This document shows positions 1 to 10,199 of a DNA stretch of 64,000 nt, one piece after another. The translations under genes were made by a program, and so were the position numbers. Position 1 is the stretch's first letter; every line of letters begins with the position of its first letter. The notes under the pieces were generated by a model. That model had not been told where the DNA came from and made no database searches. It saw only the letters and a program-made list of their open reading frames with translations. The stretch is from positions 320,001 to 384,000 of the forward strand of contig CAVVXN010000003.1 of the NCBI GenBank assembly GCA_963752285.1, in the 5' to 3' direction. The stretch comes from an uncultured Planctomycetota bacterium (GTDB lineage: Bacteria; Planctomycetota; PLA2; JAEUHO01).

Positions 1-2052
1 GCCGAGCCACGAGCCGAGGAGCCACGACGCGTCCACGTCGGCGCCGCGGACGCGCACCGTCACGTGGCCGTGGCCGGGCGGGCACGCCTCCGCCGCGTTC
101 TGTACGAGGTTCAGCACGAGCTGACGGACCTGTCCGGGGTCCGCCTCGATCGACGGCGTCGCCTCGATCTCGAAGCGGAGGCGCGCGTCCCGGGCCACCG
201 TGGACTCGAGCACGCCGGACATCTCCCGGACGAGCTCCGCGAGGTCGAGACGCCGGATCGCGGTCCGGCCCCGCCCCGCGTACGCCAGGAGCTGTCGGGT
301 CAGGTCCGCCGCCCAGCGTGCGGCCTGCTCGATCCGCTCGACGATCGGGCGCGCGGGGTGACCCGGCTCGAGACGGGCGAGCGCGAGGCCCGCGTTGCCC
401 ATCACGCCGGTCAAGAGGTTGTTGAAGTCGTGGGCGACCCCGCCCGCGAGGAGACCGAGGCTCTCCAGCTTCTCCGCCTGCCGCACGCGCTGCTCGAGCC
501 GCTCTCGCTCGCGCTCGGCGCGGCGGCGTTCGGTCACGTCCACGAACGTCCCGATCAGCGAGAGGAGGCGTCCGGCCGGGTCGCGGATGGGGGCCCCCGA
601 GACGACCACCTGCCGCGACTCGCCCGTGGCCGCGCGCAGCGTCGCCTCGTAGATGCCGGCCTGTCCCTCGGCGCGCCGCGCCTGCTCGCGCCGGATCGCC
701 TCGAGGCCGTCGGGCGTGAAGAAGCGGTGAAACGTCGTTCCCGCGAGCGACTGCTCGTCGGGCAGCCCGAGCAGGCCCAGCATGGCCGGGTTCGCGTAGA
801 TCGTGTAGCCCTCGGGGGTGATCTGCCAGATGCCGACCGCGCTGTGCTCCGCGAGCGCGCGGTACCGGGTCTCGCTCCGGCGGACCGCGCGCTCGGCCGT
901 GCGCCGCTCCGTCACGTCCCATGCGACGCCGATCACGCCGGTCACGCGACCCCCCGTCTCGGCGATGGGCGCGAACCGCGACTCCCACTCGAGACCGCCC
1001 ACGGTCACGCCGCACTCGACCGTCTCGCCCGCGAGGGCGCGCCGGATCGCGTCGCCGACCTCGGGGACGTCGGCGTACAGCGCGTAGACCGACCGTCCCA
1101 CCACCTCGCCCGGCAGGAGGCCGAGCTTCTCGAGGCCGCGACCCTCCGAGAACGTGAACGCGCCCTCCGCGTCCACCGCGAAGAGCACGACCGGCGCCGC
1201 GCCGATCGTCGCGCGGAGACGCCGCTCGCTCTCCGCGAGCTGGCGCTCCGCCTCCTGTCGCGCGCCGGTGTCCCGGAGCACGACCATGACGCGTCCGTCC
1301 TCGAGGAGCCGCGCGACCATCTCCGCCGTCACCCGGTGCCCGTCGCGGCGCCGGAACACCCGCGTCAGCCGGACGGTGCGTCCCGCGCGGATCTCGTGGA
1401 GCCGGAGCGGGTTCTCGACCAGGTCCTCGGGCGCGATCAGGCTCACCACGTGGCGCTCGATCAGCTCGTTCGCCGGGACGCCGAGGAGGCTCTCCGCGCT
1501 CGGGTTCGCCTCGGTGATGGTGCCGTCCGGTCGCGTGAGGAGGATCGCGTCGGCGGCGTTGTCCACCAGGACCCGGTACCGCTCGACGCTATCGCGGAGC
1601 GCGGCCTCCGCGCGCTTCTGGCGCGTGACGTCGTGCGAGAGGGCCTCGACGGCCCAGGGGCGCCCGTCCCGCTCGAGCCGCACGAGCCGCGCCTCGACCC
1701 ATCGCGTGGTGCCGTCGGCGTGCCGCAGGCGGATCTCGAGCGGCGGGAGGGTCTCGCCCCCGGCGACCCGCAGGAAGAGCTCCTCGAGCCGCGGGACGTC
1801 TTCCGGGAAGAGCGGGCCGAGCTCCCGGATGTGGTGGCCCACGATCGCGTCCCGGGGACGGCCGTGCGCCGCGAGGGACGCGGGGTTCGCGTCCATCACG
1901 CGGCCGTCGAGACTGAGGAGCGCCACGCCGAAGGGGGCGTGGAGGAAGACCTCGCGCGCCCCCGGCGGGCCCGGACCCGGCTCGGGAGGCGGACCGGGAG
2001 GTGCGTCCCTCGCTCCCCCCTCCTCGATCTCTCTCGACGGTCGCTCCGTCAC
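1..2052 (-). CDS. Multi-PAS (about 4 PAS/PAC) sensor histidine kinase, 3' end runs off the window
   Basis: Not in the ORF track; read as the antisense of the 64..2154 frame. GTG at 2052 with GGGAG upstream; repeated PAS signatures (DANPA, EANPSA, YANPAM, DVTERR); HisKA box EKLESLGLLAGGVAHDFNNLL; N-box LVLNLVQNAAEA. Confidence 0.9.
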   Translation of the reverse strand, partial: MTERPSREIEEGGARDAPPGPPPEPGPGPPGAREVFLHAPFGVALLSLDGRVMDANPASLAAHGRPRDAIVGHHIRELGPLFPEDVPRLEELFLRVAGGETLPPLEIRLRHADGTTRWVEARLVRLERDGRPWAVEALSHDVTRQKRAEAALRDSVERYRVLVDNAADAILLTRPDGTITEANPSAESLLGVPANELIERHVVSLIAPEDLVENPLRLHEIRAGRTVRLTRVFRRRDGHRVTAEMVARLLEDGRVMVVLRDTGARQEAERQLAESERRLRATIGAAPVVLFAVDAEGAFTFSEGRGLEKLGLLPGEVVGRSVYALYADVPEVGDAIRRALAGETVECGVTVGGLEWESRFAPIAETGGRVTGVIGVAWDVTERRTAERAVRRSETRYRALAEHSAVGIWQITPEGYTIYANPAMLGLLGLPDEQSLAGTTFHRFFTPDGLEAIRREQARRAEGQAGIYEATLRAATGESRQVVVSGAPIRDPAGRLLSLIGTFVDVTERRRAERERERLEQRVRQAEKLESLGLLAGGVAHDFNNLLTGVMGNAGLALARLEPGHPARPIVERIEQAARWAADLTRQLLAYAGRGRTAIRRLDLAELVREMSGVLESTVARDARLRFEIEATPSIEADPGQVRQLVLNLVQNAAEACPPGHGHVTVRVRGADVDASWLLGSWLG

Positions 2053-2204
2053 GCGATCTCCCGGGCGCCCACCGTACGGGGCCCGGGGGGCGCGGGGAGG
2101 AGTGATACGCGCCGAGGGGGGCCCCCCGCAACGGCGCGGCCATCGTCCCCGTAGAATCCCGCCGAGAGACCCCGGAGAAACGGCCCGGGGGGGAAGGAGA
2201 GGCC

Positions 2205-5200
2205 CTGCGACCGGCATGGCTCGCGTCGCTCGTGGTCCTCGTGGTGTGCACGGGGGCGCTCCCCCGGCCGACCGCGGCGGGCGAGGACCCGGCGGCCGGG
2301 AGCGAGGCCCGCCGCGCGGGTCAGAAGGCCCTGGAGGCGGGCGACGCGAAGGCCGCCGAGCGTCACTTCCGCCGCGCGCTCCGCGAACACCCGCGATCGC
2401 TCCTCCTGCTGGGCGACCTGCTCCGCGCGACGAAGGACGACCCGGACGTCCGGACCTTCTGGGCGCACCAGTACGTCGCCGCGGCGTCCGACAAGAACGG
2501 CTCGGCCCACCCCCGGCGGGAGGACGCCGCGCTCCTCCCGGCGAAGGACCCCGAGCTCGACCTCGTCCGGCGGGCGCGCGCGCGGGCCGCGGAGGACCTC
2601 GCGCGGGCCGTCGCCTCGACGCGCGGACCGGGCGCGTCGTTCCTGGTTCGCTCGCTCCACCGCGTGTTCCGCCGCGTCGCCGACGCGTCGCCCGCGCTCG
2701 AAGAAGCGTACGCGCCGGCCTTCGAGAAGGCCGAGGTGGGGGCGGTCCCGACGGTGGACCGCGCGCTCGCCGATCTCGTGGCGCACGCACGTCGCGTGCG
2801 CGTGACGCTCGAGGACGCGGGCGACGCCCTCGCGCTCGGTCGCGCGTGCCTCGGCCTCGCGGACCAGGCTGAGCAGGACGTGCCCGACCGGCCGGCGCAC
2901 GCCGTCCCCGGCCTGGCGGAGACGGGGCGTCGCCTCGAGGCCGACGCGGAGGCCGCCCTGGCCGCGCGCCAGATGGAGCCCCTCGCCGCCTCGGCGCTCG
3001 ACGCGATGGGCCCCGACGAGGTACGACGCTTCAACGAGGCGCACACCGACGTCGCGACGCCGGGCCGCGCGCTCTCGCCCCACGGTCGCTACCGGATCAC
3101 GACGCCGTGCGGGCACGGGACCCTCGCGGCCGCGGCGCGCCTCGTGGAGCCCGTGCACGCCCGCCTCGTCCGCTGGTTCGGGGAGGACCCGTTCGCGTCG
3201 GAGCGGGGCGAGATCCGGATCTTCCCCGAGTTCTCGGACCTCGAGGCCGAGGCCGCGCCCTGGTGGTGGGCCGACGGCTTCCAGGGCGGGCGGACGACCA
3301 CGGTCCGCTTCGCGCTGGGCAGCATCTGGGACCTGGCGCCCCTGCTCACGCACGAGTTGACGCACCGCTTCGACGCGGCGGTCCACCCGGCGATGCCGGC
3401 GTGGCTCCGCGAGGGCCGCGCGGTGTTCACCGCGGTCGCGTGGCAGGGGATCGACGATCCCGCGTTCGTCGCGCGGGCCGCTGACGTCGAGCGCATTCGG
3501 AACGCCTGGCACACGTGGTACGGGACGCCGGAGGGCCTCGCGAACCTGCTCCGAGACGGTGCGAAGGAGTACCGCGACTACTACTCCGCGGGGCACGCGC
3601 TCTGGGTCTACCTGCTCGTCGGGCCGAATCCCGAGGAGGACCCGCTCTTCACGGATCGTGTCGGCCCCTGGCTCGCGGGGATGACGCGTCCCGACAAGGA
3701 CCCGGTCGGCACCTTCACGGCGGCCTTCTGTGACGGCCGGGAGGGTCGTCCCTCGAGCCTCGACGCGTTCGCGTCCGGGTTCATGCGCTTCCTCCTGGCG
3801 TTCCGGGGATCCTCGCCGCCGTCGTGGGTCTCGGCCCTCGACGTCGTGCGCCCGCACACGGACGCGAGCCGGATCTACGACGCGCCCACGGTGTCGCGCT
3901 CGCGCCGTCGCGAGCGACCGTCGTTCGGGCAGGACCAGCTCCTCGCGGCCGCGCGGTCGTTCGCCGCACTCGGCGACCCGGAGGTCGCCGTGACCCTCCT
4001 CGAGTGGGCCGTCGCGTACGACGAGCCGGACGCCGGCGACGCGCGTCTCGCCGAGCGGCTCCTCTCGACGCTCGGCGCCGCCGACGCCGCCCGCGCCGCG
4101 CACGTGGAGGCCGTCCGCCGCGGCCCGCGCGAGGGCGAGGTCCCCTCGCGGCCCCTCGCGGCGCCGCGTTCGGTCTCGGCGTACGTGGACGCGCTCGCGA
4201 ACGCCGCGTCCGACTACGCCCGGCGGGGTCTCGTGGAGACCGCCTGTTGGTTCCAGGACGAGCAACAGGTGCTCGCGCGTCTCGTCGGGACGGAGCCGCT
4301 CTCGCTTCCGGGGCTCGCCTTCCCCGCGGAGCCCCGCGTGCCCTTCACGGGGGCGGGGGAGGCCCTCGCGTCGTCCGGGTGGATCCCGGACGAGCTCACC
4401 TGGAACGACGGTCCCCGCGATCCCGACCAGTGGCTGATCACGCCCGAGGGCCACCTCGTGCTCGGGACCAAGAAGCTCGAGACGCTGGAGACCGAGCACC
4501 GCGAGGAGTTCCGGTCGGTGTTCGTCCGGAGCCCGCAGCGGTTCGAGGCCGGCTACTGGCTCGCGGTCCGGATCCGCCTGCTGACGCCGTACGTGCGCGC
4601 CGCGGTCGTGCTCGCCGACGCCCGTCGCGACCGGAACGTGTGCGTGGAGGTGGGGGCCGGGGACACGCCCGATCCCGACCGCGGGCCCCAGGCGGTGACG
4701 AACCACGCGCAGGTCTTCCTGGGCGTGGACGGCCTCCGGCCGTTCGACGAGTGGGCGCCCCCGGTCGGGGGGGGCGTCGTCGATCTCTCCGACGAGGACG
4801 CCGCGAACACCGTGGACCTCGGTGTCTTCGTGGACGGGTGTCGGCTCGACGTGTACGTGAAGCGGAAGTGGGTAGGCCGGTACGTGGACCCGCGCGGCCT
4901 CCCGCTCGACGGCGCGATCGGCTTCGCGACGAGGGGTGGCGCCATCCGGGTCGAGTCGCCCGTGGTGTTCCTGCTCCGGCGTCGCGACGTGTACCTCCGA
5001 CCGCTCGAGTCGGGGCTCGACCTCGCCCGCGCGACCCGCCCGGCGGGCGGGTGGGCCTACGAGCACTTCCTCTCGGGCTTCCCGACGTCGCCGAACGGTC
5101 TCTTCGCGCTCTGGTTCCCGCCGGCGCCGCACGGCGCCGAGGTCCGTCCGGACGACGTCTCGGACGAGGCCGGGCGCGTGGTGGACCCGCTCCTCCGCGC

Positions 5201-5564
5201 GCTGGACGGCCTCCACGACGGCGCGCGGGTCGTCGTCGCGCTGCCGGCGGGCTGGCCCGCGCCCGTCGAAGCCGCGGTCCGGGCGCGGGTGAAGGCGCTG
5301 CCCGACGGCCGTGTCGAGGTCGTGCGGCACGCCGAGGCGCCCGCGCCGGCGCCGCCGGCGCCGCCGGCGCCCTCGGGAGAGACGCCGGTGTCGCCGGGAA
5401 CGCCGGGAACGCCGGTGGCGCCCACGAAGACGCCGCCGAAGCGGCCGAGCGCGCGCCTCTTCTTCGCGGACGCGTGCGGCATCGTCCGCGGCTACGCGGA
5501 GTCCGACCTCGAGGACGCGCTCCGCACGTGGTCCGTCTGGCTCCGGCTCACCCGGGGCTTCTGA
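2205..5564 (+). CDS. Large secreted multidomain protein with HEXXH (THELTH) zinc-metallopeptidase-like module
   Basis: 1110-aa ORF with normal composition, hydrophobic N-terminus, LLTHELTHRF...PAWLREGRA (peptidase MA/gluzincin-like) and a Pro-rich linker near the C-terminus. Start uncertain: CTG 2205 after AAGGAG, or GTG 2232. Confidence 0.7.
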   Translation: MRPAWLASLVVLVVCTGALPRPTAAGEDPAAGSEARRAGQKALEAGDAKAAERHFRRALREHPRSLLLLGDLLRATKDDPDVRTFWAHQYVAAASDKNGSAHPRREDAALLPAKDPELDLVRRARARAAEDLARAVASTRGPGASFLVRSLHRVFRRVADASPALEEAYAPAFEKAEVGAVPTVDRALADLVAHARRVRVTLEDAGDALALGRACLGLADQAEQDVPDRPAHAVPGLAETGRRLEADAEAALAARQMEPLAASALDAMGPDEVRRFNEAHTDVATPGRALSPHGRYRITTPCGHGTLAAAARLVEPVHARLVRWFGEDPFASERGEIRIFPEFSDLEAEAAPWWWADGFQGGRTTTVRFALGSIWDLAPLLTHELTHRFDAAVHPAMPAWLREGRAVFTAVAWQGIDDPAFVARAADVERIRNAWHTWYGTPEGLANLLRDGAKEYRDYYSAGHALWVYLLVGPNPEEDPLFTDRVGPWLAGMTRPDKDPVGTFTAAFCDGREGRPSSLDAFASGFMRFLLAFRGSSPPSWVSALDVVRPHTDASRIYDAPTVSRSRRRERPSFGQDQLLAAARSFAALGDPEVAVTLLEWAVAYDEPDAGDARLAERLLSTLGAADAARAAHVEAVRRGPREGEVPSRPLAAPRSVSAYVDALANAASDYARRGLVETACWFQDEQQVLARLVGTEPLSLPGLAFPAEPRVPFTGAGEALASSGWIPDELTWNDGPRDPDQWLITPEGHLVLGTKKLETLETEHREEFRSVFVRSPQRFEAGYWLAVRIRLLTPYVRAAVVLADARRDRNVCVEVGAGDTPDPDRGPQAVTNHAQVFLGVDGLRPFDEWAPPVGGGVVDLSDEDAANTVDLGVFVDGCRLDVYVKRKWVGRYVDPRGLPLDGAIGFATRGGAIRVESPVVFLLRRRDVYLRPLESGLDLARATRPAGGWAYEHFLSGFPTSPNGLFALWFPPAPHGAEVRPDDVSDEAGRVVDPLLRALDGLHDGARVVVALPAGWPAPVEAAVRARVKALPDGRVEVVRHAEAPAPAPPAPPAPSGETPVSPGTPGTPVAPTKTPPKRPSARLFFADACGIVRGYAESDLEDALRTWSVWLRLTRGF

Positions 5565-5608
5565 GGGCGCGCACGCGCGCCTCGATCTCGCGCGATAGAC
5601 TCCGGATC

Positions 5609-6937
5609 GTGTGGCGGCGCGCGATCCCGTTCGGTCTCCTCCTCGCGTTCACGGCGGCGGCGGGTGCGGGACCCGCGCGGTGGGACCGGAAGGCGGTCGA
5701 GCGCATCGCCGACCGCTGGTTCGAGGCCCGTCCGAAGACGCGCTTCGAGACGTGGGACGGGACGAAGCGCCGCGCGCTCCTGGCCGAGGCGGAGGCGTTC
5801 GGCCCCCTGCCCGAGGGCGCGCTCGACGACGTGCGGGACGTCTGCTTCAAGGCCGCGCGGAGGCAATGGCCCCGCGCGCCGAAGCACGAGATCGAGACGC
5901 CGTACGGCACGGCGGCGTGGGACGAGTCGGGACGGGGGGGGCCTCGCTCGGGCCTGATCCTCGGCCTCCACGGCGGCGGCGAGGGCCAGGGCGACAAGGG
6001 CGAGGCGAAGGGCACCTGGACGATGAAGGGCTGCCTCGGCGTGTACCCGCAGGGCATCCGCCTCGTGGACGACACGTGGAACACCGTCCAGGGCGAGGCC
6101 TTCTGCCTCACGCTCGTGGAGCGGGCGAAGGTCGTGGACGAGATCGACCCGGACCGGGTGTACGTGGCGGGCTTCTCCATGGGCGGGACGGGCTCCATGT
6201 ACCTCGCGTGCCGCCATCCCGACCTCTTCGCCGGCGCGATCCCGGCGCACGGCGTGATCATGGCGTCGCCGAAGATCAAGGTGAAGCGCGCCGAGGAGGT
6301 CGGGCAGATCCAGTACGGCCTCCTGCCCAACCTGAGGAATCTCGCCGTCTACTTCTACACGGGCAGCGACGACGACCACTGCGAGCCGGGCACGTTCCTC
6401 TACGCGTGGAACGCGATCCAGGGCTACCGGAAGGACGATCCCGAGGGCTACGGCGAGATTCGCTTCCAGGAGTTCCCGGGCGTCCGGCACACGTACCCGC
6501 CCGGCGAGCCGCACGCGGGGATCGAGTGGATCTCGAAGCAGCGTCGGAACCCTCTCCCCGAGAAGCTCGTGTGGGAGTACGCCACCGACCCGTTTCCGCT
6601 GCCGGACGCGGAGGACCCGATCGCGCGCCCGCAGAAGCAGTGGTTCTACTGGCTCCGCTCGGTGCGGCCCGCGGACGCCACGTTCGTGACCGCAAGGCGC
6701 GCGGGGAACGAGATCGACGTGGACGTGTCGAGCGGCGCGCCCGAGGACTTCGTGGTGTACCTGAACCCGAAGATGATCGACGTCGAGAAGGACGTGGTCG
6801 TGCGCGCGAACGGGAAGGAGGTGTACCGGGGGAGGCCCGTTCCCGACCTCGCGACCGTCCTCGAGAGCCTCGACGCGAAGCTCGACCGCTCGCTCGTGTT
6901 CGACCGGAAGGTCCCGCTCGGAGAACCGCTCAGGTGA
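5609..6937 (+). CDS. Secreted alpha/beta hydrolase (esterase/peptidase-like)
   Basis: C-terminal part of ORF 3824..6937; signal peptide MWRRAIPFGLLLAFTAAAGA; LHGGG oxyanion motif; IDPDRVYVAGFSMGG nucleophile elbow. Confidence 0.85.
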   Translation: MWRRAIPFGLLLAFTAAAGAGPARWDRKAVERIADRWFEARPKTRFETWDGTKRRALLAEAEAFGPLPEGALDDVRDVCFKAARRQWPRAPKHEIETPYGTAAWDESGRGGPRSGLILGLHGGGEGQGDKGEAKGTWTMKGCLGVYPQGIRLVDDTWNTVQGEAFCLTLVERAKVVDEIDPDRVYVAGFSMGGTGSMYLACRHPDLFAGAIPAHGVIMASPKIKVKRAEEVGQIQYGLLPNLRNLAVYFYTGSDDDHCEPGTFLYAWNAIQGYRKDDPEGYGEIRFQEFPGVRHTYPPGEPHAGIEWISKQRRNPLPEKLVWEYATDPFPLPDAEDPIARPQKQWFYWLRSVRPADATFVTARRAGNEIDVDVSSGAPEDFVVYLNPKMIDVEKDVVVRANGKEVYRGRPVPDLATVLESLDAKLDRSLVFDRKVPLGEPLR

Positions 6938-7835
6938 GGCCGGGCCACGACGCGCCGAGCGCGGCGAACCGCTCGCGATACCGGCGGACCTGCTCGGCGG
7001 GGAGCGGGCCCCTCGCCACGTCGTCCGCCAACCCGAGGACGTGCCCGAGGTCCCCGCTCCCCACGAGCGCCGCGCTGACGCCCGGCTGGTGCGCCGCGAA
7101 GCGGATCGCCACCTCGAGCCAGGGGCGGCCGCCCGCGTCCACGGACTCGAAACCCAAGGTCCGCCAGCGTTCGTAGTACGGCGCGGCGTACGCGTCGTCC
7201 GGGGCCGAGGTGCGCCCGACGACCGCGTTCGCGATCGAGCGCTTCAGGAGGACGCCGAGGCCGCGCTCCGCCGCCCGTCGGATGGTGTCGGTGTTCGCCT
7301 GGTCGAGCAGGCTGAACGACGTCTCCACCGCGTCGAGATCGTCGCGCTCGACCGCGTGCCGGAGCGCGGCGTTGTCGCCCGAGTAGCCGACGAATCTCGC
7401 CTTTCCCGCGCGCTTCGCCGCGAGGAGGGCCTCGAGGACCTCGCCCCGCCTGAGCGTCTCGAGGTCGCACGAGTGGAGGAGGAGGAGGTCCACGCGGTCG
7501 GTCCGGAGGCGGCGGAGCGACCGCTCCACGCTCGCGAGGATCTCGGGAGCCGACCACTGGGGCCGCCAGCCCTCCCCCTGCCCCGCCTTCGTGACGAGGA
7601 ACACGCGGTCGCGTCGGGCCGGGAGCCACCGCCCGATCGCCTCCTCGGCCCGGCCGTACGCGGCGGCGGTGTCGAGGAGGTCGATGCCGCGGCCGAGCAG
7701 CCCGTCGAGCAGGCGGTGCGCGTCCGCCTCCGCGTATCCGGGCCGGCCGATCGGGACGGAGCCGTAGCCGAGGGCCGGGACCTCGGCGCCCGTGTTGCCG
7801 AACGGACGGCGCGGCAGGGGGGCGGGATCAGTCAC
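6930..7835 (-). CDS. Aldo/keto reductase
   Basis: LDTAAAYG..AEEAIG, LVTK, SLRRLRTDRVDLLLLH motifs. Confidence 0.93.
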   Translation of the reverse strand: MTDPAPLPRRPFGNTGAEVPALGYGSVPIGRPGYAEADAHRLLDGLLGRGIDLLDTAAAYGRAEEAIGRWLPARRDRVFLVTKAGQGEGWRPQWSAPEILASVERSLRRLRTDRVDLLLLHSCDLETLRRGEVLEALLAAKRAGKARFVGYSGDNAALRHAVERDDLDAVETSFSLLDQANTDTIRRAAERGLGVLLKRSIANAVVGRTSAPDDAYAAPYYERWRTLGFESVDAGGRPWLEVAIRFAAHQPGVSAALVGSGDLGHVLGLADDVARGPLPAEQVRRYRERFAALGASWPGLT

Positions 7836-8505
7836 CTTCGCCTCCTCGGGGGCGGCTCTTCAGCAGCCCGAGCGCGCGCGCGAAGACGGCGTTGGCCGTC
7901 GCGGCCTTCGTCCGCGAAGGGAGGGGTTCGGGCGGACCTTCGCGCGGCACCCAGACCACGGGCCCGCCGCCCCGGTCGAAGCTCGCGGGCGTGTTCCACA
8001 CGATCGCGTCGAAGCGCTTCTTCGACATCTTGGCCCGCGCGCGGGCGAGGCCGGGCTTCGTCTCGAGCGAAAAGCCGACGTGCACGCGTCCGTGCTTCGT
8101 CCGGCCGAGCGCCGCGGCCACGTCGTCCGTCGGGACGAGGTCCAAGGTGAACGCGCCGCCCTCGCGGGGCGGCTTTCCCTTCCGACGTCGGCGGGGCCGC
8201 CAGTCGGACGGCGCGGCGGCGAAGAGCACGAGGTCGGCGTCCTCGGACGCGGCCCGCGCGGCCTCTAGCAGCTCCCTCGTCGTCGTGACGTCCACCACGC
8301 GAACGCCCGCGGGGACGGGCAGGGTCCCGGGTCCCCGCACGAGCACGACCCTTGCGCCGAGACGCGCGGCCTCGCGCGCGAGGAGGTGCCCCATCCGTCC
8401 CGTGGAGGGGTTCGAGAGGAACCGCACGTCGTCGAGCGGCTCGCGCGTGGGGCCCGCCGTGACCAGGACGCGGACCCCGCGTGCGGACCTCGTGCCTCGC
8501 GCCAT
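7828..8505 (-). CDS. coaB: Phosphopantothenate-cysteine ligase domain (stand-alone CoaB-like, DFP C-terminal domain)
   Basis: VLVTAGPTREPLDDVRFLSNPSTGRMG, AAAPSDW, VGFSLET motifs; no N-terminal flavoprotein (CoaC) domain. Confidence 0.85.
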   Translation of the reverse strand: MARGTRSARGVRVLVTAGPTREPLDDVRFLSNPSTGRMGHLLAREAARLGARVVLVRGPGTLPVPAGVRVVDVTTTRELLEAARAASEDADLVLFAAAPSDWRPRRRRKGKPPREGGAFTLDLVPTDDVAAALGRTKHGRVHVGFSLETKPGLARARAKMSKKRFDAIVWNTPASFDRGGGPVVWVPREGPPEPLPSRTKAATANAVFARALGLLKSRPRGGEGD

Positions 8506-8543
8506 GCCCCGAGGGTACCCGCGCGCGGGGTAGCATGCGGCCG

Positions 8544-10193
8544 ATGAGCGAGCCCGAGTCGGTCCCGAACGACGTGGCGGCACCGCCCGGCCCCGCTGCG
8601 GTCGAGGCCCGGATCCCGATCGAGGCGCTCATCGCGGCGCTCTCGCGTCCCGAGGCCTTCGGCGTCGAGGGCCCCGTCGAGGTCGTGCAGACCCACGTGA
8701 GCGCCGTCTTCCTCGCGGGCGACCGCGCCTACAAGGTGAAGAAGCCGATCCGCCTCTGGGGCTTCCTCGACTACGGGACGGTCGCCGTGCGCGAGCACTG
8801 GTGCGAGACGGAGGTCCGTCTCAACCGGCGCCTCGCGCCGGACGTGTACCTCGGCGTCGAGCCGATCGTCCGGCGCGCGGACGGCGCGATCCGCGTGGGG
8901 GGGCCCGGCGACGTGCTCGACCACGCCGTCGTGATGCGCCGCTGGGCTCCCGGCTCGACGTACCTCGACCGCCTCCGCGCCGGGACCCTCGCCCCCGAGG
9001 ACGTGCGCGCCGCGGCGCGGGTCCTCGCCTCGTTCCACGGCCGGTGCCGCCTCGCGCCCGAGGACGCGGGCTTCGCCCGGCCGTCGGGCATCGGCCGGGT
9101 GGTCCGCCAGAACTTCCTCTCCACGCGCCGGGAAGTCCCCGAGCTCTTCCCCGCCGCGGTCCACGAGGGCATCGCGCGGCGCACGGCGGGGCGGCTGTGC
9201 GCGGTGCGCGGACTCGTGCGCGCGCGGGTGGCGGCAGGCCGCATGGTGGACGGACACGGCGACGTCCGGCTCGAGCACGTCCTCTCGCGCGACGGACGGG
9301 TCGAGATCGTGGACGCGATCGAGTTCTCCGAGTGGATCCGCCACGTGGACCCGCTGAACGACATGGCCTTCCTCTCGATGGACCTGACGGACCAGGGCCG
9401 ACCCGACCTCGCGCGCGTGCTGGAGGCGAGCTATCTCGAGCACGCCGGCGAGGACGAAGCGGTGGCCGCGGCGCTCCTGCCCCTGTACCGCGCGTACCGC
9501 GCGCACGTCCGGGCGAAGGTGGACGCGCAGACCTACCGTTCGCCCGAGGTGCCCGAGGCCGTTCGCCGTGAGAAGGCCGTCGGCGCGCGGCGGTACCTCG
9601 CGCTCGCCTGGCGCTACGCACGCGAGGGCGAGACCCCGCCCGTCGTCGTGCTGCGCGGACCCTCCGGCGTGGGGAAGAGCGTCCTCGCGAGCCGCGTCGC
9701 GCCGCTCCTCGACGCCGGCGTCGTACGAAGCGACGTGGTCCGGAAGGAGCTCGCGGGCCTCGGCCCGACCGACCGCGTCGAGGGCGCGGCGGTGGCCGCG
9801 CTCTACGGCCGCGCGATGTCGGAACGCACGTACGCGCGCCTCATCGAGCGCGCCGAGGAGGTCGTGGAGGCCGGTCGGGCGGCGATCCTGGACGCCACGT
9901 ACCTCCGTCGGGACGCCCGGCTCGACGCGCGGATGCTCGCGCGGCGCCTCGGCGCGCCGTTCGCGATCGTGGACGTGACGGCGAACGACGCGGAGGTCCG
10001 GAGGCGGCTGTCGGCGCGCACGGCCGCGGCGACGGACGCGAGCGACGCCGACGCGTCGGTCTACGAGATGCAGCTCCGAGAGGCCGAGGCGATCACGGAG
10101 GACGAACGGGCGTTCACCGTGCCGTACGACTCGGAACGCCCCGCCGAGACGGCCCTGCTCCCCCTCCTGGAGGTCCTCGAGCGGGGACCGTAG
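8544..10193 (+). CDS. Bifunctional aminoglycoside-phosphotransferase-like / AAA kinase protein
   Basis: QTHVSAVFL..AYKVKKP, HGDVRLEHV, DAIEF kinase-like motifs; C-terminal P-loop GPSGVGKS and RSDVVRK. Confidence 0.9.
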   Translation: MSEPESVPNDVAAPPGPAAVEARIPIEALIAALSRPEAFGVEGPVEVVQTHVSAVFLAGDRAYKVKKPIRLWGFLDYGTVAVREHWCETEVRLNRRLAPDVYLGVEPIVRRADGAIRVGGPGDVLDHAVVMRRWAPGSTYLDRLRAGTLAPEDVRAAARVLASFHGRCRLAPEDAGFARPSGIGRVVRQNFLSTRREVPELFPAAVHEGIARRTAGRLCAVRGLVRARVAAGRMVDGHGDVRLEHVLSRDGRVEIVDAIEFSEWIRHVDPLNDMAFLSMDLTDQGRPDLARVLEASYLEHAGEDEAVAAALLPLYRAYRAHVRAKVDAQTYRSPEVPEAVRREKAVGARRYLALAWRYAREGETPPVVVLRGPSGVGKSVLASRVAPLLDAGVVRSDVVRKELAGLGPTDRVEGAAVAALYGRAMSERTYARLIERAEEVVEAGRAAILDATYLRRDARLDARMLARRLGAPFAIVDVTANDAEVRRRLSARTAAATDASDADASVYEMQLREAEAITEDERAFTVPYDSERPAETALLPLLEVLERGP

Positions 10194-10199
10194 CGGCGA

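Noticed and set aside
64..2154. 696-aa plus-strand ORF
   Set aside because: Antisense shadow of the minus-strand PAS histidine kinase.
5335..5445. Short 9-bp tandem repeats
   Set aside because: They encode an ordinary in-frame Pro/Ala/Thr linker.
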